From the IMG/VR virus record IMGVR_UViG_3300025320_000152, positions 1 through 64,000 of that record: 64,000 nt of DNA; one strand, 5' to 3'. The position numbers were made by a program, and so were the translations under genes. Positions 29,587 to 38,916 of this stretch are shown one piece after another; the first letter of the stretch is position 1, and the number at the start of each line of letters is the position of its first letter. The stretch comes from a virus (Duplodnaviria; Caudoviricetes). Below the pieces are notes generated by a model, which saw only the letters and a list, made by a program, of their open reading frames with translations, was not told where the DNA came from and ran no database searches.

Positions 29587-30357
29587 TTGGCTAGGAAGCG
29601 CAAGCCTCAGAGCGGTATGGCGTCCGACGCGTTGCGGCGGGCGCGCGAGAGCTTGGAGCGGGTGAACTCCGTGGCGCCGGCCGCGCCGCCGAGCGGTGCG
29701 TGGGAGCGGCAGGCCACGGGGCAGGGTACGTGGGGCCGTCCTGGTGCGGAGCGCAGGACCCGGGAGTATCCGGTGTCCGAGCAGCAGCGGATGGTCGAGG
29801 CCTACCGTCGGCGTGATCAAGCCAACCGCAAGCCGTCGGTCGGGCGTGCGGTGGACGCGTACACCAGCGGGGAGTCGCTCAGCGAGCTGCTGCCGGTGGA
29901 CCTCGGCGTCTCGCCGCACACGATCAACCCGACCAGGCCGCGGTGCGACCGGGGCGGCTACGACTCGCGGGCGCAGACGGTGCGGGTCACGTTCCCGCGC
30001 TCGGGTGCGATGTACGAGTACTACGAGGTCCCGCCGAACGTGTGGCGCCAGCTGGTGCGCGCCCGCTCGGCGGGCCGGTACATCGATCGGGTCTTGGACA
30101 CCTACCCCTATGCGCGGGTGACGGGCCCCGGTGCCGGCGACTCGTCGTACGGGTACTTCTCGGAGAACTCTCCGCAGTACGCGAGGCCTGCGAGCAACCC
30201 CGGAGCGGGCTTGGGTGCGCTGTTCGGGCCGCAGTTCGGCGGGGCGTCCGAGCCGTTCGTCGCGGATGACGACGACTCGTGGACCGGGTACGAAGGCGAC
30301 ACACCGGACTACGGGTACGACGACTACACGGATGAGGGGCCGGGGTGGGCGCAGTGA
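29587..30357 (+). CDS. KTSC-domain protein
   Basis: GYD......VTF..SGAMYEYYEVP..VW..L..A.S.GRYI. Confidence 0.75.
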   Translation: MARKRKPQSGMASDALRRARESLERVNSVAPAAPPSGAWERQATGQGTWGRPGAERRTREYPVSEQQRMVEAYRRRDQANRKPSVGRAVDAYTSGESLSELLPVDLGVSPHTINPTRPRCDRGGYDSRAQTVRVTFPRSGAMYEYYEVPPNVWRQLVRARSAGRYIDRVLDTYPYARVTGPGAGDSSYGYFSENSPQYARPASNPGAGLGALFGPQFGGASEPFVADDDDSWTGYEGDTPDYGYDDYTDEGPGWAQ

Positions 30358-30671
30358 TGCCCGTGTTCATCGCCGTGACCAGGACGCTGCCAGCGTTCCC
30401 GCGCTACTACCGTACGTGGCGCCAGGAGTTGGACCCGCCGTTCCGGCGCTGTGACAGCGCCTACGTGCTGCGGCTGCCGTGGCTGCACTGGGCGCTGGTG
30501 GCCGGGCGTTGGCACTCGCGCGCCCGGGATGTGGACGCGGCGATCGAGGGCCTCGGGGTCACGATGATGGCGATCGATGACCTTGAGCAGGATGCGCGCG
30601 AGAGGGTACTGAACCACCGGGCTTATACGGAGGCTGAGAGTGAAGCTGAGACGGTCGAAGCCGCACGTTGA
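30357..30671 (+). CDS. hypothetical protein
   Basis: ATG overlapping the upstream stop. Confidence 0.55.
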   Translation: MPVFIAVTRTLPAFPRYYRTWRQELDPPFRRCDSAYVLRLPWLHWALVAGRWHSRARDVDAAIEGLGVTMMAIDDLEQDARERVLNHRAYTEAESEAETVEAAR

Positions 30672-30903
30672 CGGCAAGGTCGCGCAGCGTATCGCGAGCC
30701 TGGACCGGATCATGCTGCTGGACCAGGCGGACGTCTACGGGTCGATCATCGCGGGGAAGCTGTATGCGCTGCGCATGTTCCGGGGTGCGGCGCTGGACGA
30801 GCTCGCCGAGGCGGAGCAGGCCTACCTGGTGCTGGGGGCGATCTTGGCGGAGGCGCGCGTACGTGAGGAAGCCAAGGCCGAGCTGCACCGGAAGATGTCC
30901 TAG
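30640..30903 (+). CDS. hypothetical protein
   Basis: ORF in operon context. Confidence 0.5.
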   Translation: MKLRRSKPHVDGKVAQRIASLDRIMLLDQADVYGSIIAGKLYALRMFRGAALDELAEAEQAYLVLGAILAEARVREEAKAELHRKMS

Positions 30904-31142
30904 TTGAAGTTCACCGCGTAGATCACGAACGCGATGAACCCGAGGACGACCAGGAGCACGATCCACGCGGTGATGTGCGGGTGGCTCTGGTTGCCCTTGC
31001 GCAGCGCGTAGTACACGCCGGCGCCGACGGCTGCGCCGGCGATGTCGTGCTCCAGGGCGCGCTTGGTCGTGTGGCCGGCGACGACCTGATCGAAGCCACC
31101 GTGGTCCATGGAGCCCGGTCCGCCCGGCATCTGGTCGCTCAT
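30900..31142 (-). CDS. small membrane protein
   Basis: Gly-rich segment and C-terminal transmembrane helix. Confidence 0.5.
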   Translation of the reverse strand: MSDQMPGGPGSMDHGGFDQVVAGHTTKRALEHDIAGAAVGAGVYYALRKGNQSHPHITAWIVLLVVLGFIAFVIYAVNFN

Positions 31143-31177
31143 GACTTCCTCCCCTTCCGTTGGGACAGGCAAGAATA

Positions 31178-31432
31178 TCAGAACCCGTCGATGATCCGTT
31201 TCGCGACGTCAACGCCGAGGCCGTACTTCTCGGCGATCTCCGTGTAGGTCATGCCGCCGCCGTAGTACTCCTCGCAGAGCCAGCTGTCGCGCTGCTCGTT
31301 CTTGCGCACGCGCTTCGGCGTGGTGGCGCACGGTGTGCCGCAGGCGACGGCAACCGGCCTGGTGCCGAGGGCGATCGGGTCGTCGCAGGCGCGGCAGCAC
31401 AGGACCATGACCGGTCCCTTGTTCTCGTTCAC
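31178..31432 (-). CDS. zinc-finger plus HTH DNA-binding protein
   Basis: CRAC...CGTPC and MTYTEIAEKYGLG HTH. Confidence 0.6.
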   Translation of the reverse strand: MNENKGPVMVLCCRACDDPIALGTRPVAVACGTPCATTPKRVRKNEQRDSWLCEEYYGGGMTYTEIAEKYGLGVDVAKRIIDGF

Positions 31433-31680
31433 GCCAGGCCCTGTTGGCGTGCGATGCCGGCGAGCTCGCCGAGGTTGAACGGCGTGATGTAGACGCTGCG
31501 CGTGGCGGCGGCCTTGGGCTCGCCCTTGGGGGAGGTGTCCTCGACGATCGTGCGCAGGTCGTAGACGACGGTGCCGTTGGTGCGGTGCACCTTATATACG
31601 TCGACGCGGTAGCCGGGCGCCTTCTCGGCGAGCGAGGCGATGAATTCTTCGTCCGGGTGCAGGTCGTCCATGCCGCTCAT
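31429..31680 (-). CDS. small protein, possibly PC4/YdbC-like ssDNA-binding
   Basis: YDLR.....(T)RSVYI....LGEL pattern; weak resemblance. Confidence 0.35.
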   Translation of the reverse strand: MSGMDDLHPDEEFIASLAEKAPGYRVDVYKVHRTNGTVVYDLRTIVEDTSPKGEPKAAATRSVYITPFNLGELAGIARQQGLA

Positions 31681-31745
31681 GATAGCGGGCTAACACCCCC
31701 GCAGCCGGTCAACCTACGTTTGTTATATCCGTAGGTTGACAAGGG

Positions 31746-33335
31746 GTGGCGATGGCGGCGACGGCGCACGAGGAACTCGCCGAGGGCTTCATCGAGGCGT
31801 TCGACGACGAGACGGCGGCCGAGGCCGAGGCCCGTGTCGCGAGCGAGGTCGAGCTCGACCCCCTCAGCCAGAACTTCGTGGACGACCTGGTCGACCGGCT
31901 GCTGATCCTGACCGACGAGGTCTCCGGACATCCGCTGCGCGAGTACCAGACGCCCTTCGCCAGGCGCTTCATCGAGTCCGTGATCATCGGCGACGGTGAC
32001 ACGATCACGGCACTCTTCTCGCGGCAGTCCGGCAAGTCGGAGACGGTGTCGGATGTCGTCGCCACCCTCATGATCTTCCTGCCGGTGCTCGCGCAACGCT
32101 ATCCCGACCTGCTCGGCAAATTCAATGAGGGCGTGTGGGTCGGCGCGTTCGCACCTGTGGACGAGCAGGCCGACACTCTCTACGGCCGCATCGTCGCGCG
32201 GTTGACCTCGGAGCGGGCCGAGGAGATCCTCGCGGACCCGGAGATCAACGACCGGCTCGTGGGACGCGGCCGGGAGGTGAAGCTCAAGCGGCTCGGGTCG
32301 CTGGTCAGGAAGACGACCGCACATCCCCGGGCCAAAATCGAGGGCAGGACGTACCACATCATCTTGCTCGACGAGGCTCAGGATGCTGACGAGAAGGTCG
32401 TCAACAAGAGCATCTCGCCGATGGGCGCCTCCACCAACGCGACCAGCGTCTGGACCGGCACACCGACGTATGTCAAGGGCGTGTTTTACCGGCAAATTCA
32501 GGCGAACAAGCGGCGGGCGAACCGGCGCGGTGCGCGCATCAGCCACTACGAGGCTGACTGGCGGCGGGTGGCGAAGTCGAATGCCAACTACCGTAAATTC
32601 GTCAGCAAAGAGATGCTCAGGATCGGCGAGGACTCGGACGAGTTCAAGTTGTCCTACAGGTTGATGTGGTTGCTGGACCAGGGCATGCTCACCACGTCCG
32701 AGCGCATGGATCAGCTCGCCGACCCGTCCATGCAGGTCGTTCACGCCTACCACCGCTCCCCCGTCCTTGTCGGCATCGACCCGGCGCGCAAGCAGGACTC
32801 CACGGTCGTGACGGTCTGCTGGGTGAATTGGCAATATCCTGATGAGTTCGGCCAGTACGAACACAGGGTATTGTCATGGCTTGACCTGGGGGGACTCGGG
32901 TGGGAAGAACAGTATTTCCGGATCGTCGAGTTCCTGGCCAACTACAACGTCATGGCGATCGGCATCGACTCCGGCGGGGTCGGCGACGTCGTCGCATCGC
33001 GCCTGCGTGTGCTGATGCCGGGTGTGGAGATCATCGACATGAAGTCGGACCGAACGTCTCAGTCGGGCCGGTGGAAGCACCTGCTCGCGCTGATGAACTC
33101 GGGCATGCTGACCTGGCCGGGGCACAGCAAGGCCAAGCGGCTCAAGACGTACCGCCGGTTCAGGACCCAGATGGAAGACGCCGAGCTGCGCTACGAGGGC
33201 CCCCATGTGATCGTCGCGGCTCCGCGCGCGGCGGATGCGCATGATGACTACGTGGACTCGCTCGCCAACGCGCTCGCCCTGACCAAGGACATGGGCATGC
33301 CGGAGGTCGAGGTCAGCAACAGCGTCTTCTACTAG
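31746..33335 (+). CDS. terL: terminase large subunit
   Basis: Walker A SRQSGKS, Walker B IILLDEAQ, GTP coupling motif, GID.A nuclease motif, HDDY.DS. Confidence 0.92.
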   Translation: MAMAATAHEELAEGFIEAFDDETAAEAEARVASEVELDPLSQNFVDDLVDRLLILTDEVSGHPLREYQTPFARRFIESVIIGDGDTITALFSRQSGKSETVSDVVATLMIFLPVLAQRYPDLLGKFNEGVWVGAFAPVDEQADTLYGRIVARLTSERAEEILADPEINDRLVGRGREVKLKRLGSLVRKTTAHPRAKIEGRTYHIILLDEAQDADEKVVNKSISPMGASTNATSVWTGTPTYVKGVFYRQIQANKRRANRRGARISHYEADWRRVAKSNANYRKFVSKEMLRIGEDSDEFKLSYRLMWLLDQGMLTTSERMDQLADPSMQVVHAYHRSPVLVGIDPARKQDSTVVTVCWVNWQYPDEFGQYEHRVLSWLDLGGLGWEEQYFRIVEFLANYNVMAIGIDSGGVGDVVASRLRVLMPGVEIIDMKSDRTSQSGRWKHLLALMNSGMLTWPGHSKAKRLKTYRRFRTQMEDAELRYEGPHVIVAAPRAADAHDDYVDSLANALALTKDMGMPEVEVSNSVFY

Positions 33336-33430
33336 AGGCGCTACTAGCCGGACCGGCCCGGCGGATATCCTGGCATTGACTTGTTAGCGGATCGGACCCC
33401 ACTCGGTGCAGTGTGCTGGAAGGCACCGAC

Positions 33431-33841
33431 ATGGCTGTTCCCCTGCTCAACTCCCCCTCGCACGTCGACGGGCTCTACACCGCGTACGGGACGGGCTTCG
33501 GACTCCAGCTCGTCAACGCGTACACCATCACGGCCACCGACAACACCGGGATTTTCTCCTTCCCGTACGTCAGCGCGCTCGGCAAGATCCGCCTCATCGT
33601 CAGCGTCACCGCGATCTCCGGGGCATCGGCGTCGCTGACCGTGGCCTACCAGGAGTCGGTGGACGGCGTCACGCTCAACCCCACCCCGGCCCTGACGACC
33701 TCGGCGCTGACCGCGACCGGCGAGACGTGGGTAGCGGCGGCCACTGGCCCGATCTACAACACCGGCGAGCTCGTGTGCACCGTCGCCGGCACCACCCCGT
33801 CGGTGACCTTCTCCGCGTGGCTGGCGGTGTGGAACAAGTGA
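33431..33841 (+). CDS. hypothetical beta-rich virion-associated protein
   Basis: Thr/Ala/Val-rich, in the packaging region. Confidence 0.55.
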   Translation: MAVPLLNSPSHVDGLYTAYGTGFGLQLVNAYTITATDNTGIFSFPYVSALGKIRLIVSVTAISGASASLTVAYQESVDGVTLNPTPALTTSALTATGETWVAAATGPIYNTGELVCTVAGTTPSVTFSAWLAVWNK

Positions 33842-34308
33842 CCAAGGCGCGCCGCCACGACGCGGTCGCAGCCCACGAGCAGAGCGAGACCATCCATCTG
33901 CTCACCCACGTGCCGAACCACGTCCGGCGCGAGGACGACCCGCACTATCACCTGTTCGAGCAGGCCAAGGCGCGGCTCAAGCGGCAGGGGCTGTGGAAGT
34001 GCCTGATCGACGACGACCTGTGCGACGGCGAGCCGGAACTGCACCACACCTTCATCGAGTTCTCCCAGATCAACGCGGTCGACTCGGACAAGGTCGCCAA
34101 GGGCCTCGGGTTGCACTTCGAGGACGACGAGGAGTTCCAGGCGTGGGTGGAATCTCCGGCGAACCTGGAGGTGCTCTGCCGCAACCACCACATCAGCCAC
34201 TTGGGTATCCATCACATCCCGGGGCCGCTCTGGGAGGCGATCAGGTTCCACAAGGCAGGCACCGCGCCGGCCGCTGAGGTCAAGACGGCGGCAGAGGTCG
34301 GGGAATGA
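33838..34308 (+). CDS. HNH-like protein
   Basis: C...C..ELHH...NLEVLCRNHH pattern; GTG overlapping the upstream stop. Confidence 0.5.
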   Translation: MTKARRHDAVAAHEQSETIHLLTHVPNHVRREDDPHYHLFEQAKARLKRQGLWKCLIDDDLCDGEPELHHTFIEFSQINAVDSDKVAKGLGLHFEDDEEFQAWVESPANLEVLCRNHHISHLGIHHIPGPLWEAIRFHKAGTAPAAEVKTAAEVGE

Positions 34309-34805
34309 GCGCCAGCGGCCAGCGGCATCCGGGCTGGCGGCGGCACCCCGGCGTGCGCACGGAAGGGCAGCTGACCCGCGGTGAGCGCGCGGCGGACCGG
34401 ATGCGCAACTCGATGGGCAGCTGGGCGTTCGTGTTCGGGGCGCTCGGGTTCCTCGCGGTGTGGATGGGGTTCAACCGGCACAGCGGATTCGATCCATACC
34501 CGTTTATCCTGCTGAACTTGCTGCTGTCCTGCGTTGCGGCGCTCCAGGGCGCGATCCTGCTGATCGCCGCCAAGCGAAGTGACCAGGTCTCCAGCGAGCT
34601 GGCGCAGCACGACTACGAGGCGGACGTGGCGAGCCGGGAGCTGCTGACCATCTTGCAGGCCGATTTCGCCACCCTCGCCATCCGGCACGCCGAGCTCACG
34701 GCGCAGCACGCCGAGCAGACCGCGCTGATCGCGCAACTGCTCGCGCTCGCGGGCCCCCAGGAAGCGGACCCGACCGGCACCAGCGCGGGAGAGCTCAGCT
34801 CATGA
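34305..34805 (+). CDS. DUF1003-domain membrane protein
   Basis: GERAAD....MGSW.FV; FDPYPFILLNLLLS..AALQ...IL. Confidence 0.85.
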   Translation: MSASGQRHPGWRRHPGVRTEGQLTRGERAADRMRNSMGSWAFVFGALGFLAVWMGFNRHSGFDPYPFILLNLLLSCVAALQGAILLIAAKRSDQVSSELAQHDYEADVASRELLTILQADFATLAIRHAELTAQHAEQTALIAQLLALAGPQEADPTGTSAGELSS

Positions 34806-35110
34806 GCACGAAGACGGTGTACGTGTCCATCGGCAACTCGGACAACAAGCTGCCACAAGCCGAGTGGTACTACTTCGCCTGCGAGGTGAAGATCGTCGCC
34901 GAGATGTACTCGCGGGCGTGGCACGGCACGTGGAGCTCGGAGACTCTGAGCGCGTATCAGAACGCGGTGTTCTGCTTCGAGGTGCACCCGGCGCACGTCG
35001 AGACGGCCAAGGACCGGCTGCGCGAGCTCGCGACGCGCTACGGGCAGGACTCGATCGCGTGGGCCGAGGCTGAGACGGAGTTCCTCGTGCCGCTGCCCGG
35101 CTTGACATAG
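34802..35110 (+). CDS. conserved hypothetical phage protein
   Basis: VSIGNSDNKL.Q.EW...YQNAVFC...QDSIAW. Confidence 0.6.
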   Translation: MSTKTVYVSIGNSDNKLPQAEWYYFACEVKIVAEMYSRAWHGTWSSETLSAYQNAVFCFEVHPAHVETAKDRLRELATRYGQDSIAWAEAETEFLVPLPGLT

Positions 35111-35184
35111 TATCAATAGCACGAGATAACACTTCTTCCATCACTGGGATCACACTCGGAGTAGATCGACCGAGGAGGTCACCG

Positions 35185-35577
35185 ATGGGTCTGTCTCCCA
35201 GCCCGCAGTTCCCGGAGCGCTCGCCCCAGCAGTACGAGGCCGTTCAGACCTCGAACCCCGAGCGGCGCGGCATCCTGCGCTTCGAAGAGGGAATCAGCAC
35301 CGATACATCCGTGCCCGACGACTTCGTGTTCGGAGCCATGCAGGGCTACCGCACGCCCGCAGGTAGGCCCAACCACAACCTCAACGTCTACGAGAAGCCG
35401 GCCGAGCAGACGATGAAGGAGCGCGCCCACCTGGGCAGCGCCGCGTGGCCGGACGCCCCGTCCTTCGTGGGTGAGTTCCGGCACGGCACCACCCCCATCG
35501 CGGAGCAGCGCTACGAGCAGGTCACCCGGGACGGTCGCCACCAGGACCGCAAGAACGCCGAAGTCATCTCGGACTGA
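35185..35577 (+). CDS. conserved hypothetical protein upstream of portal (probable virion protein)
   Basis: LRFEEG..TDT.VP.DF..GA..GY..GRPNHN.NV.EK motif recalled from actinophage myoviruses. Confidence 0.6.
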   Translation: MGLSPSPQFPERSPQQYEAVQTSNPERRGILRFEEGISTDTSVPDDFVFGAMQGYRTPAGRPNHNLNVYEKPAEQTMKERAHLGSAAWPDAPSFVGEFRHGTTPIAEQRYEQVTRDGRHQDRKNAEVISD

Positions 35578-35588
35578 GGGGGCACTCC

Positions 35589-36413
35589 ATGGGCAGCAAG
35601 GGCGGAGCCAAGAAGCCGCCGGCGGACGACCCGTTCGAGCGGGAGATGCAGGGGCGCGCCAAGAAGGCAGAGGGCGACGCCGACCTCGCGCACGAGAAGG
35701 CGCGCTCGCTGCGGCTGGCCAACAACGAGCGGGAGTCGCGCCCCGGCGGCGCCGACTCGGAGTCGGCGGCCAAGGTCGGTGTGCACCACGCGCAGGCTGC
35801 GGTGCACGCCGCGCGTGCTCGGGTGTTCGACGAGCAGGCCGAGGCGGTGCGCTCCAAACGTGTGAACGACAGCGCCGCGTATGTGGGCAACCAGGACCGG
35901 ATGCGGCGCACAGCGGATAACGCCGACGCGAAGTCGCAGGCCGAGGTCGCGCACTCCCACGCTCGCGCTTCGCTGACGCACGAGCAGGCGAAGTCGACGG
36001 CGTGGAAGCGGGAGAACGAGCACGAGGCGCACGTCTCCGCGCAGGACCGATTGGGACGAACGCAGAGCAACGCGGATGCCAAGTCCCAGGCGGATGTGGC
36101 ACACACCCACGCCCGTACCGCGCATACCCAGGCACAGGCGACCAAGACGCAGGCGGAGACCGCAGCGGTGCGGTACCGCACCTCTTCGGCCGCGCGCGAC
36201 GAGCCGTTCAAGCGCGAGTCCGAGGCGCGGGCGCGCACGGTGTGGGGCCAGCAGGACGAGGACCGGGCGCGGCGCAACGCGCACTTCGAGGCTCGGGCCC
36301 ACAGGGAGAACGTCCACAGCACGATCGCGGCCGTGCGCGGCGTGCTGGGCGCGTTCGGCGGCGGCAACGGAGAGCTGCGGTCGGGACTGCGCGGCCAGAT
36401 CCGCGGCCAGTGA
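35589..36413 (+). CDS. low-complexity hydrophilic protein with internal repeat
   Basis: two copies of QDR..RT..NADAKSQA.VAH.HAR. Confidence 0.6.
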   Translation: MGSKGGAKKPPADDPFEREMQGRAKKAEGDADLAHEKARSLRLANNERESRPGGADSESAAKVGVHHAQAAVHAARARVFDEQAEAVRSKRVNDSAAYVGNQDRMRRTADNADAKSQAEVAHSHARASLTHEQAKSTAWKRENEHEAHVSAQDRLGRTQSNADAKSQADVAHTHARTAHTQAQATKTQAETAAVRYRTSSAARDEPFKRESEARARTVWGQQDEDRARRNAHFEARAHRENVHSTIAAVRGVLGAFGGGNGELRSGLRGQIRGQ

Positions 36414-36434
36414 CAACCGGGATCGGGTGCTGAT

Positions 36435-38135
36435 ATGTCGATGATGTTCCCGTCGCCGAGCATGCGGGCTGCGGCATCCGACCTGACCATTTCGATTTCA
36501 CCACTCGGTCTAGTCGAATTGGCCGATGAGGAATTCGAAGTTCATGGCCCACGTTTGAACAGGTACGCCACTAACATGGCGTTTTTCTTGGGTCATCATT
36601 GGGGCTATCGTCGGGAATCGGGAGAGCCGCAGCTCACGTTCAACTACGTGGGCGCGTTCTCCCGGTACCTGACGAACTTCTGCTTCTCCAAGGGAGTGCA
36701 CTTCTCCAGCGAGAAGGCGACCGAGCACATTGTGCCAGCTCTTCTCAAGCGTATCTGGGAGGTGGACAACAACAAGCCGAAGCTGCTCCTGGAGCTGGGG
36801 GAGCTCGGCGGTGTGAACGGTGACGCATTCGTCAAGATCGCGTATGAGGAGCCATGGGAAGATGCCTCTGGCCTGGTACATCCCGGCCGCGTGCGACTCC
36901 TAGCGCTGAATCCGGCATTCGTCTTCCCGGAATATCATCCACACGATCCCGAGCGCCTCATTCGCCTGAAACTGAAATATCGCTTTTTTGGCACGTCCAC
37001 CGAAGGAACTCGCAGTGTATTTACTTACACGGAGATCATTACGGATGAGTCCGTCGAGGAGTTCATCAATGATGAGCTGATCGACTCGCGCAAGAACGCA
37101 CTCGGGCAGATTCCTGTCGTGCACATCGCGAATATCCCGGTCCCGGGTAGCCCGTGGGGGCTGTCGGATATCACCGACATCATCACGCTCAACAGGGAAT
37201 ATAACGAACAGTGCACGAATATCGCGGACATCGTGAACTACCACGCAGCGCCGATCAATGTGATCTACGGCGCCAAGGCTACCAACTTGGAAAAGGCACC
37301 GAAAAAGCTGTGGGCGGGCCTTCCCAAGGATGCTCGGGTCGAGACCCTCGATAACGGGATCGACCTGGAGGGGCCGCTGGCCTACCTGGAGCTGATCAAG
37401 AGGGCGATGCACGAGCTGACCGGTGTGCCGGAGACGGCGCTCGGCCAGGTCCAAGCGATCAGCAACACCTCGGGCGTCGCCCTGGCCATGACTTTCCAGA
37501 CGACGATGCTGCGCTGGCACTACAAGACGACCCAGTACGGGTCCGGCTGCCAGAAGATCAACGCCATCGCGCTGCGCACGATGTGGATCTACGAGCCGGA
37601 CACCCGCAGGTACGATCCGGCGCTGGAGGGCCTGAAGACAGAGGACTACCAGGCTGACGAGATCGACCCTATGGACGCGGCGAACTACCGCACTACGTGC
37701 GAGTGGCCGCCACCGCTGCCGGTCGACATCCTCGTGCTGCTCAACGAGATCCAGTCCAAGCTCGGCTTGGGGCTGATGTCCAAGCGCGGGGCGCTCAAGG
37801 CCTTGGGTGAGGAGTTCCCCGAGGACGTGCTGGCGGAGATCTTCGACGAGGCGATGGACGAGGCCAAGTACCAGGGTGCACTTGACATGCTCAAGGCATG
37901 TATATCTAGTGCTATTCTCCAGGAGACAGGACTTCTGCCCGAGGGGATGGAAGTTCCGCCGCCCGCGCCGCAAGGCGAGGGGGCACCCGCAGCAGGCCCG
38001 ATGCCGGGAGTACCCGGTCGCGGCGGCAGCGGGGATATCAAGGCTCTACAAGACCGACTCGTGGCACTCTCGGCAGGCACCGTTCTCGCGGGCCAGCTGC
38101 GTAATCCGGACAACAGCCAGGATTCGGAGACGTGA
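36435..38135 (+). CDS. portal protein (SPP1 gp6-like)
   Basis: 566 aa between terminase and scaffold; NFC, GDAFVK, GQIPVVHIAN, SG.AL motifs. Confidence 0.88.
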   Translation: MSMMFPSPSMRAAASDLTISISPLGLVELADEEFEVHGPRLNRYATNMAFFLGHHWGYRRESGEPQLTFNYVGAFSRYLTNFCFSKGVHFSSEKATEHIVPALLKRIWEVDNNKPKLLLELGELGGVNGDAFVKIAYEEPWEDASGLVHPGRVRLLALNPAFVFPEYHPHDPERLIRLKLKYRFFGTSTEGTRSVFTYTEIITDESVEEFINDELIDSRKNALGQIPVVHIANIPVPGSPWGLSDITDIITLNREYNEQCTNIADIVNYHAAPINVIYGAKATNLEKAPKKLWAGLPKDARVETLDNGIDLEGPLAYLELIKRAMHELTGVPETALGQVQAISNTSGVALAMTFQTTMLRWHYKTTQYGSGCQKINAIALRTMWIYEPDTRRYDPALEGLKTEDYQADEIDPMDAANYRTTCEWPPPLPVDILVLLNEIQSKLGLGLMSKRGALKALGEEFPEDVLAEIFDEAMDEAKYQGALDMLKACISSAILQETGLLPEGMEVPPPAPQGEGAPAAGPMPGVPGRGGSGDIKALQDRLVALSAGTVLAGQLRNPDNSQDSET

Positions 38136-38136
38136 C

Positions 38137-38886
38137 ATGAGCGAGACCGACGTGATCACCATTCCCGTCGTACCGCCCGCGCCGGCACAGCCGACTGCCC
38201 CCACCTTCACCGCTGAGGACATCGCCGCTGCCCGGCAGCAGGAGAAGGACAAGCTGTACAAGCGCCTGGAGACGAACCAGGAGACGCTCGGCCAGATGCA
38301 GTCCCAGCTCGCGGTGCTCACCGCGGAGCGGGAAGCGGCCGAGACGGCTCGTTCGGAGGCTGCGGCTGCCGCCGAGGCTGAGCGTGTGGCAAGCGTTCAG
38401 GCACAGATGGACGCCAAGTCGTACGCGGAGACGCGGATCTCCGAGTTCGAGCAGCGCATGGCCGCGATGCAGGCCGAGCGCGAGGCGGAGCGGGCGGTGC
38501 TGGCGCGGGAGCGGGAGTACGGCGAACTCCAGTCCTACCGCGCGGAGCAGATGCAGACCGCCGGCCAGCAGATCGCGCCGGAGCTGATCGATCTCGTGAG
38601 CGGCAACACCCGCGAGGAGATCGACGCGTCGGTGGCCCTCCTGACCGCCCGCACCCAGGCGATCGTCGAGTCCATCCAGACGGCTCAGGCCGCTGCGACC
38701 CCGCCGCGCGGTGTCGCTCCGACCGGCCGGCCGAACGTCGACCCGCTCAACCCGCAGGGGCCGGGCACGAAGACGTACACGGCGCAAGATCTCAAGAGCA
38801 TGTCAATGGGCGATTACATCGCCAACCGTTCGCAACTACTCGGGGCACTCTCCGACCAGGTCCGGCGAAACGGCCTGTACGGATAA
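38137..38886 (+). CDS. capsid scaffolding protein
   Basis: QQEKDKLYKRL coiled coil, LIDLVSGNT.EEI; directly upstream of the capsid gene. Confidence 0.8.
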   Translation: MSETDVITIPVVPPAPAQPTAPTFTAEDIAAARQQEKDKLYKRLETNQETLGQMQSQLAVLTAEREAAETARSEAAAAAEAERVASVQAQMDAKSYAETRISEFEQRMAAMQAEREAERAVLAREREYGELQSYRAEQMQTAGQQIAPELIDLVSGNTREEIDASVALLTARTQAIVESIQTAQAAATPPRGVAPTGRPNVDPLNPQGPGTKTYTAQDLKSMSMGDYIANRSQLLGALSDQVRRNGLYG

Positions 38887-38916
38887 CCATCCATCCCGTA
38901 ACGGAAGGCCCTAACA

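Noticed and set aside
35102-37915. TTGACA hexamers at 35102 and 37882 as sigma70-type promoters
   Set aside because: No TANNNT at 16-18 nt spacing; cannot be supported.
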